DNA of 64,000 nucleotides from Candidatus Omnitrophota bacterium (GTDB lineage Bacteria; Omnitrophota; Omnitrophia; Omnitrophales; JACROU01): NCBI GenBank assembly GCA_029261035.1, contig JAJDCD010000005.1, positions 27,516 to 91,515 of the forward strand, read 5' to 3'. Shown piece by piece: positions 58,220 to 64,000 of this stretch (position 1 is its first letter; each line of letters starts with the position of its first letter). The notes under the pieces were generated by a model. It saw only the letters and a program-made list of their open reading frames with translations, ran no database searches and was not told where the DNA came from. The position numbers and the translations under genes were made by a program.

Positions 58220-60220
58220 ATGAGCAGATTGTCACTTCGCAAAAAACTCTTTCTTCTTCTTTCAGGCTCTCGGCTTGTAATGCCGTTGGTGTTTGCTTGT
58301 GTTGTGGGTGTCCTTACAGGGTTTGCTGTTGTTGGTTTTGTGAACCTAATTGATTTTCTTCAAGAGTTCTTTTTTACGGGTGGTGAGAAGGCTCTTTCTT
58401 TCCTAGGTAAGTATTACATTGTTTTTATTCCTGTTATTGGTGCGTTGTTGGTTGGCCCTATCGTTACATTTATTTCTCCTGAAGCAAAAGGTCATGGTGT
58501 TCCCGAGGTAATGAAAGCTGTTGCTTTGAGGGGAGGGCGTATTCGTCCTATTGTTGTTTTGGGGAAAGCGTTAGCTTCGGCTATTGCGATTGGTTCAGGT
58601 GCTTCAGCGGGTCGTGAAGGTCCTATTGTTCAGGTGGGCTCTGCTTTGGGGTCTAGTTTTGGGCAGTGGTTTAAGTTGAGCGAATCTCGAATTAAAAACT
58701 TGGTGGCTTGTGGTGCTGCGGCAGGAATTTCAGGTGTTTTTAATGCGCCCATTGCCGGGGTGATGTTTTCGATGGAAGTTATTTTGAGGGATTTCGGGGC
58801 TAGAGCATTGAGTACCGTTGTGGTTGCTTCTGTTTCATCCAGTATTATTAGTAATATTTATTTAGGAGGATCTCCAGCGTTTGTTGCTCCAGTCTATAGT
58901 TTGTGGAGTCCTTGGGAAACGGTTCTTTATGTGGGGTTGGGGGTAATCTCGGCTTTCACAGCAGTTCTTTTTGTTTTTGTCTTGTCTAAAACTGAAGATA
59001 TTTTTGAGAAATGGAAATTTGTAGATTGGTTGAAACCTGCAGTTGGTGGGTTGCTATTGGGTGTTATTGGCCTTTATTTTCCTCAAGTATTTGGTACGGG
59101 TTTACATACGATTGAAGAGGCTCTTCATGGTCGTATGGAAATTATATTATTATTTGCTCTTGTTTTAATGAAGATTATCGCGACGTCTGTGACATTGGGT
59201 TCCGGAAGCTCTGGAGGTGTATTTGCACCAGCGCTTTTTATTGGAGCTGTTTTAGGGGGAGGTTTTGGCCGTTTGTTTTATGAGAAAATGCCTTTTCCTG
59301 TCGCCCCTCCTGGGGCTTATGCTTTGGTGGGAATGGCCAGTGTTTTTGCGGGTGCGGCTCATGCGCCTGTAACGGCTATATTGATTGTTTTTGAAATGAC
59401 TCGAGACTACCGTATGATTTTGCCGATTATGGTTGCTGTGGTGGTTTCTACATCTATATCACAGATGATTAGCAGAGAGTCTATTTATACTATTAAATTG
59501 AAGCGCAAGGGCATTGATATTGGAACGTTTGAAGAAGCAAAAGTTTTTGGTGCGATACAAGTACGAGATGCAATGAGTGAGAATTTTAAAACGGTACCTC
59601 ATGATATGCCTTCGAAAGAACTTTTTGCCCAGATGTCCCATGATAAGAATAAAACATTTTTTGTCGTAAACCACAAAGAAGAATTGGTGGGGATTGTAAA
59701 GCCTGAAGAAATGCAAGAAATCTTATTTGAAAAAAACATTCAGCTGTTGATAGCGGATGATGTTGCTATTCCTATTGCTGAGTATTGTTATCCGGATGAA
59801 TCTTTGGGAGAAGCGACCCGAGTGATGACTGTGAACGAAATTACTATTCTGCCGGTAATGGACCCAACACAACCTAAAAAAATAATAGGTGTTTTGAAAT
59901 CACAAAATATTTTTCGTACCTATGCAAATATTTCCGGGAAAAGGGAAGATCTCTTGGGGCGTTTGGAACAACAGGATGTTTCTTCGAAAGATACTTCTCA
60001 TGTTCAATTTAAGGTTTCGAAAGATTCGAGTATTGTTGGTAAAAATATTAAAGATTTGGGATTGCCTCAAGGGGTTGTTTTAACTTCGATTCATCGCAAC
60101 CATCATTTAGTTGTTCCTCAGGGGGATACGGTGGTATTCGCAAAGGATAAGATTTGGGCTGTTATTAAGCCGGAGACGGAGGCTCTTTTTAAGGAGTGGT
60201 TGAAGGCGAATAAAATTTAA
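58220..60220 (+). CDS. ClC-family chloride channel / H+-Cl- antiporter with C-terminal CBS pair and TrkA-C domain.
   Basis: Matches are GSGASAGREGP (GREGP) and GGVFAPALFIGA (GxFxP). The 666-aa protein has multiple TM segments. Confidence 0.85.
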   Translation: MSRLSLRKKLFLLLSGSRLVMPLVFACVVGVLTGFAVVGFVNLIDFLQEFFFTGGEKALSFLGKYYIVFIPVIGALLVGPIVTFISPEAKGHGVPEVMKAVALRGGRIRPIVVLGKALASAIAIGSGASAGREGPIVQVGSALGSSFGQWFKLSESRIKNLVACGAAAGISGVFNAPIAGVMFSMEVILRDFGARALSTVVVASVSSSIISNIYLGGSPAFVAPVYSLWSPWETVLYVGLGVISAFTAVLFVFVLSKTEDIFEKWKFVDWLKPAVGGLLLGVIGLYFPQVFGTGLHTIEEALHGRMEIILLFALVLMKIIATSVTLGSGSSGGVFAPALFIGAVLGGGFGRLFYEKMPFPVAPPGAYALVGMASVFAGAAHAPVTAILIVFEMTRDYRMILPIMVAVVVSTSISQMISRESIYTIKLKRKGIDIGTFEEAKVFGAIQVRDAMSENFKTVPHDMPSKELFAQMSHDKNKTFFVVNHKEELVGIVKPEEMQEILFEKNIQLLIADDVAIPIAEYCYPDESLGEATRVMTVNEITILPVMDPTQPKKIIGVLKSQNIFRTYANISGKREDLLGRLEQQDVSSKDTSHVQFKVSKDSSIVGKNIKDLGLPQGVVLTSIHRNHHLVVPQGDTVVFAKDKIWAVIKPETEALFKEWLKANKI

Positions 60221-60265
60221 TCGAGTGTATTTGGGGGGTCGTTTAAGAGGTGGGTTGGAGAGCTT

Positions 60266-60339
60266 GGGTATCTGCTCGGCGCTCAGACAGCACAAAAATT
60301 GAAAGGCGATTTTTGTGAACTCGCGGCGGACAGATACCC
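60266..60339 (+). repeat. Nested stem-loop (gggtatctg...cagataccc outer stem, cacaaaaat...atttttgtg inner stem) containing CGCTCAGACA, GCTCGGC and AACTCGC blocks.
   Basis: It shares the sequence blocks of the 698-774 stem-loop loop. Confidence 0.5.
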
Positions 60340-60374
60340 AGGCTCTCATCTTAGAAAAGTTTAGTGCGTGTTAG

Positions 60375-60515
60375 GGATGTTGAAACAATAGGGGCATCGA
60401 GCCCATATTGTTTCTTGGGTTTAATGTGTTTCGTTATTGTGTAAATAACGAAACGCTTTTTTTTATTATGGGAATTAATACTAACTGCTGGGATAAAGGC
60501 GTAGAAGGTGTGAGT
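60375..60515 (+). repeat. ~130-nt two-hairpin intergenic element, copy B. Hairpin 2 at 60428-60454 plus T8 at 60457-60464 forms an intrinsic terminator for the ClC gene.
   Basis: It is conserved with 12100-12245. The hairpin gtttcgttat-tgtgtaa-ataacgaaac is followed by gcTTTTTTTT, then a GGGATAAAGGC block. Confidence 0.7.
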
Positions 60516-60557
60516 TGTTGGTTTAGGATTCGTACGAATTCGCCTCTGGCGTAAAAG

Positions 60558-61178
60558 GTGGGTGTTATGAATAGGTATAAATGGGTTGGGGTTGTTTTGA
60601 CGGTTGTTCTGGTGGCGTCTGTTTTGCTGCTTCGGGCTGTTAATGTTTATGATCTTACTTATAAAGAAGAGGGGAAGGTTAGAGGTGGACCATCGAGCGT
60701 AGTTACTGTTGTTGAGTATAGTGACTTTCAATGTGGTATGTGTCAGGAGTTACAACCTATTTTAAAGAAGTTTTTGGAGGAACATCCTGGCAAAATTCGT
60801 CTTCAGTTTAAACATTTCCCATTAAATACACATGAGAAGGCTTTGTGGGCACACATTGCTGCTGAGAGTGCGCACAAGCAGGGAAAGTTTTGGGAGTATC
60901 ATGATTTGCTCTATCAATCTCAAAACACATGGGTTCAGGCTCAGCAAACATTGCCTTATTTTTTAGAGTATGCTAAAAAATTGGGTTTAGATTTAGAGCA
61001 GTTTGAAAGTGATTTTATTAATCCTGAAATTTTAGAAACTGTGCGTAATGAAAAGATTTCGGGGAAGAAAATAGGGTTATTTAGAACTCCGACTCTTGTT
61101 GTTGGCGATAAGATTTTTATGGGGTTGGATCAGATGAATGAATTTAAACAATATGTATTAGATCGAATTAATGAATAA
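60558..61178 (+). CDS. DsbA-like thioredoxin-fold thiol:disulfide oxidoreductase (membrane-anchored).
   Basis: An N-terminal TM anchor is present. The active site is C-G-M-C (FQCGMCQ), and the fold is thioredoxin-like. Confidence 0.7.
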   Translation: MGVMNRYKWVGVVLTVVLVASVLLLRAVNVYDLTYKEEGKVRGGPSSVVTVVEYSDFQCGMCQELQPILKKFLEEHPGKIRLQFKHFPLNTHEKALWAHIAAESAHKQGKFWEYHDLLYQSQNTWVQAQQTLPYFLEYAKKLGLDLEQFESDFINPEILETVRNEKISGKKIGLFRTPTLVVGDKIFMGLDQMNEFKQYVLDRINE

Positions 61179-61186
61179 GGTGCTTT

Positions 61187-61657
61187 ATGTCTGATAAACG
61201 TAGTCTAGATTTTTTTTATTTTTCCCTCCGTGTTTTTGTAGGAGTTATTTTTGCTTATGCTGGGTTTATGAAATTATTACAACCAGCATCTATTTTTGAA
61301 ATTTCTCTTTCAAACTATCCTATTATTCCGGAAATAATTAGGCCGGCCATTTCTGTTGTTATTCCATGGATTGAATGGTTGGTGGGGGTGTTTGTGATTT
61401 TGGGTTATATGCCACGGGTATTCTTGAAAGTAGCCCTATTTTTTCTTGTTTCATTTCTCGTTTTGTTGGCGAGCGGTCCTTTAATGGGGAGGGATGTCCC
61501 TGAGAGTTGTGGGTGTTTTGGGGAGAGGGGGCTTCAAATTTCCTCCAAACTTGCTTTTTTTCTCGATTTCCTGGCCCTTATCTCTTGCGTCACTCTGATT
61601 CTAAAAAAGAAATTTCCGTTCAGTTTAGAGGGCAAGTTGAATTTAGAGCAGGGTTAG
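61187..61657 (+). CDS. DoxX/MauE-family membrane protein.
   Basis: This is a 4-TM, 156-aa protein with a DoxX-like N-terminus (VFVGVIFAYAGFMKL). It lies immediately downstream of the DsbA-like gene, a common pairing. Confidence 0.6.
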   Translation: MSDKRSLDFFYFSLRVFVGVIFAYAGFMKLLQPASIFEISLSNYPIIPEIIRPAISVVIPWIEWLVGVFVILGYMPRVFLKVALFFLVSFLVLLASGPLMGRDVPESCGCFGERGLQISSKLAFFLDFLALISCVTLILKKKFPFSLEGKLNLEQG

Positions 61658-61807
61658 GGTCTTTACTTTTAATGCGAAATCTCCTATTATAGAAAGCCTT
61701 ATTTCAACCTTTTAACACCTTATAAGTTAAGTTGAATAATAAAGGTTTTGGAACGTCTAAAAATTTATCAGTTTATATTTTATATTCAAATAAAAAGGAG
61801 CTAAACA

Positions 61808-62524
61808 ATGAAATTAGGAAAGAGGATAATTCAAGTATTTTCACTCGTGGTTGTTTTGGGATGTGTTTTTATGCCATTTCAATCAGCATTCGCGGGCGCT
61901 ATTGTTTCGGGAAGTGTTGCTTTTGAAGGAACTGCACCAGAAGCAATGCCTCTTAAAATGGCTGCAGATCCATCTTGTGCTCAGCTACACACTTCAGAAA
62001 TAAAATCTGAAACGGTAGTTGTTAATGGGAATGGAACTTTGAAAAATGTAGTTATTTATATTAAAGAAGGACTAGAAGAAGAATTTGATGTTCCAAAAGA
62101 GTCGGTTGTATTGGATCAGGTGGGTTGTATTTATGAACCTCATGTGATTGCTGTTCAAGCGAATCAGAATATCGAAATTATTAATAGTGATGCTACATTA
62201 CATAATGTTCATGCGGTTACTAAAGTAAATAAAGGTTTTAACTTGGGAATGCCAATTAAAGGCATGAAATTCAAAAAGAAATTTTCAGAACCTGAGTTTG
62301 TTAAAGTTAAATGTGATGTTCATCCTTGGATGAATTCTTATGTGGCTGTAATTGACAATCCATTTCATGGTGTTACAGGAGCTGATGGAAGCTTTAAAAT
62401 TGAAGGTCTTCCTGAAGGGGATTATGTCCTTGCTGCTTGGCATGAAAAGTATGGTGAAGTTGAAGAAGAAGTAAGCGTTGATGCGGATGGTTCTGCAGAA
62501 GTTAATTTTACTTTTAGCGCATAA
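61808..62524 (+). CDS. Cupredoxin-family blue copper protein (secreted), paralog of the CDS at 1-686.
   Basis: A signal peptide is present. The ligand motifs are TLHNVHAV and KCDVHPWM (Cys-x2-His-x2-Met). Confidence 0.65.
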   Translation: MKLGKRIIQVFSLVVVLGCVFMPFQSAFAGAIVSGSVAFEGTAPEAMPLKMAADPSCAQLHTSEIKSETVVVNGNGTLKNVVIYIKEGLEEEFDVPKESVVLDQVGCIYEPHVIAVQANQNIEIINSDATLHNVHAVTKVNKGFNLGMPIKGMKFKKKFSEPEFVKVKCDVHPWMNSYVAVIDNPFHGVTGADGSFKIEGLPEGDYVLAAWHEKYGEVEEEVSVDADGSAEVNFTFSA

Positions 62525-62538
62525 TTATTAATTTATTA

Positions 62539-62567
62539 CGAAGCTCCTACTTTTAGTAGGGGCTTCG
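62539..62567 (+). terminator. Terminator-like 13-bp hairpin (cgaagctcctact-ttt-agtaggggcttcg) lacking a U-tract.
   Basis: This is an inverted repeat immediately after the cupredoxin stop. Confidence 0.35.
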
Positions 62568-62585
62568 CTCCTCGAGAAAATTCCT

Positions 62586-63158
62586 ATGATAAGCACAAGT
62601 GATTTTAAAAAAGGTGTTTTGATCGAACTTGATAATGCTCCTTGTATAATTGAGACCTTGCAAGTTCAGACGCCTTCTGCAAGAGGTGCTTCTACTCTAT
62701 ATAAAATTCGCGTTCGTAATTTAAAATCAGGGCAACGTATCGATAAAAGCTTTCGAGGGGGCGATGTGCTTCCCGAACCTGATTTTGAGAAGAAAGGCAT
62801 CCAGTTTCTTTATAAAGATGGGGATAATTTTTACTTTATGGATCTGGCAGATTATAACCAGTTTTCTATTCCTGATACCCAATTAAAGGAAGAGGCTGGG
62901 TATTTGCATGAAGATTTGGAAGGGATAAAATCTTTGATTTACAATGGGGAAGTTATTGGGATTGAAATTCCTACGTCCGTAGATATTGAGGTGGAGGAAT
63001 GCCCCCCACCTGGTATGAGCAAATCAGCTACTCCACGTCCTAAAGAAGCAAAGCTTAAGACTGGGAAAGTTGTTTTGGTTCCTGATTATATTGATCAAGG
63101 CGAATTAATTCGCGTTGATACCCGTACGGGTGAATTTGTTTCTCGAGCGGGAAAATAA
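62586..63158 (+). CDS. efp: Elongation factor P family protein (Arg-type modification loop: QTPSARGAST).
   Basis: It has an EF-P fold pattern with KOW-like N-terminus, the ~190-aa length, and Arg at the position of the usual modified Lys. Confidence 0.8.
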   Translation: MISTSDFKKGVLIELDNAPCIIETLQVQTPSARGASTLYKIRVRNLKSGQRIDKSFRGGDVLPEPDFEKKGIQFLYKDGDNFYFMDLADYNQFSIPDTQLKEEAGYLHEDLEGIKSLIYNGEVIGIEIPTSVDIEVEECPPPGMSKSATPRPKEAKLKTGKVVLVPDYIDQGELIRVDTRTGEFVSRAGK

Positions 63159-63236
63159 ATTCATTTTCTCTCAATCCTTTCTATTTAGTTTTCGTTATAT
63201 TAATAAGTATTTAGTTTTTTAAAAAAAGGAATTCTC

Positions 63237-64000
63237 ATGATAGCTCCCTTAATGTCTACCTCGCCTAATGAGCATGTGTTGAAATTTGTTCAAGATATGA
63301 TTGATTTGGCTCAGCCGGACAAAACGTATTGGTGTGACGGGTCTGAAGAGGAAGTTCAACGTCTCTATAAAGAAGCTGTGAAAACAGGAAGTTTGGAAGA
63401 GTTGAATCAAGAAAAGTTGCCGGGGTGTTATCTTAGAAAGAGTCCTCAAAATGATGTGGCTCGAACAGAACATCTAACGTTTATTTGCTCTCCCAAAAAA
63501 GAAGATTCAGGGCCTACCAATAATTGGATGTCTCCCAAAGAAGGATATGAAAAATGTCGGAAAATTTATAAAGGTTCGATGAAGGGAAGAACTCTGTATG
63601 TTATTCCTTTTATTATGGGACCCATTGATTCTCTGTATAGCAAGATTGGAGTTCAAGTAACAGATAGTATTTATGTTGTTTTAAATATGCGGATTATGAC
63701 TCGTATGGGGAAGATCGCTTTGCAGAGGCTTGGAACTTCTCCGGATTTCACGCGATGTGTTCATGGAAAAATTGATTTAGAAATTTCTCATCGGCTTATA
63801 TGCCATTTTCCAAAAGATAATTTTATTTGGAGTGTAGGCTCTGGCTATGGTGGTAATGCGTTGTTGGGTAAGAAATGTATGGCGTTACGTATCGCAAGTT
63901 GCTTGGGCAAAAAAGAGAACTGGATGGCAGAGCATATGTTGATTTTGGGTCTTGAAGATAGGGAAGGGAAGAAAACTTATGTTGCGGCCGCTTTTCCAAG
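63237..64000 (+). CDS. pckG: Phosphoenolpyruvate carboxykinase (GTP-dependent), 3'-partial.
   Basis: The ATG is at 63237 and the frame is open to the window end. Matches are the N-terminal CDGSEEE, NNWM and SGYGGN motifs. It is absent from the ORF track because no stop lies in the window. Confidence 0.85.
   Translation, partial: MIAPLMSTSPNEHVLKFVQDMIDLAQPDKTYWCDGSEEEVQRLYKEAVKTGSLEELNQEKLPGCYLRKSPQNDVARTEHLTFICSPKKEDSGPTNNWMSPKEGYEKCRKIYKGSMKGRTLYVIPFIMGPIDSLYSKIGVQVTDSIYVVLNMRIMTRMGKIALQRLGTSPDFTRCVHGKIDLEISHRLICHFPKDNFIWSVGSGYGGNALLGKKCMALRIASCLGKKENWMAEHMLILGLEDREGKKTYVAAAFP

Noticed and set aside
60351-60731. A 126-aa minus-strand ORF overlapping the repeat region and the start of the DsbA-like gene.
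   Set aside because: It covers the intergenic repeat cluster and overlaps a motif-supported gene, and its translation is low complexity (N/K/R-rich). It is likely spurious.
61507-61926. Plus-strand small ORFs at 61507-61692 and 61732-61926.
   Set aside because: The first is in an alternative frame inside the DoxX-like gene. The second overlaps the signal-peptide region of the cupredoxin gene in another frame. Neither has its own RBS.
1-64000. CRISPR arrays, tRNA/rRNA genes, and integrase/transposase/phage genes.
   Set aside because: No regularly spaced direct repeats, no tRNA-like T-arm or acceptor signatures in the intergenic regions, and no recombinase-like ORFs were seen. The giant-gene cluster therefore does not look like a classical mobile island.

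Overview
This is a low-GC (~38-40%) bacterial chromosomal segment. 25 of 26 genes sit on the + strand, and there is no tRNA/rRNA, CRISPR array, integrase or transposase. The dominant feature is six giant ORFs (1114, 1392, 2307, 2538, 2607 and 3765 aa; about 41 kb, roughly 64% of the window) that form a divergent paralogous family. Five share an ~500-aa N-terminal domain with invariant His-containing motifs ([IL]-Q-D/N-A/H-H ... EG ... FYxxAxxRDxxL ... GGFH-x-x-G ... TPR). Their central cargo regions are unrelated and lineage-specific. Two members (2538 and 3765 aa) also share an ~150-aa C-terminal module, all six end in -AA-COOH, and all carry a recurring [S/E/T]-[A/G]-x-S-L-G hexapeptide (~20 copies in total). 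The 3765-aa member has a eukaryote-like domain mosaic (FHA, DnaJ J-domain with HPD, an Arg-rich NLS-like tract, and a PPP/calcineurin-like metallophosphatase). The 1392-aa member carries a GHKL/histidine-kinase-type ATPase domain. Several members contain large internal tandem duplications. Housekeeping genes are interspersed: otsA-otsB (trehalose), a vWA-domain secreted protein, xth, aguB-aguA (agmatine to putrescine), radC, a HemD-HemE fusion, arfB, a ClC channel, a DsbA-like/DoxX pair, efp, a partial GTP-type PEPCK, and two paralogous cupredoxins at the two ends of the window. Intergenic DNA carries several repeat families: a REP/BIME-like 29-33 nt palindrome (5 copies, 2 forming an inverted pair), an ~130-nt two-hairpin element (2 copies, with compensatory stem changes), and a conserved 13-mer directly upstream of the two most similar giant genes. 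The domain content and giant-protein expansion suggest an obligate intracellular or amoeba-associated, Chlamydiae-like lifestyle; this is inference with low confidence. All calls are by eye from the sequence and the supplied ORF track; no database searches were run.
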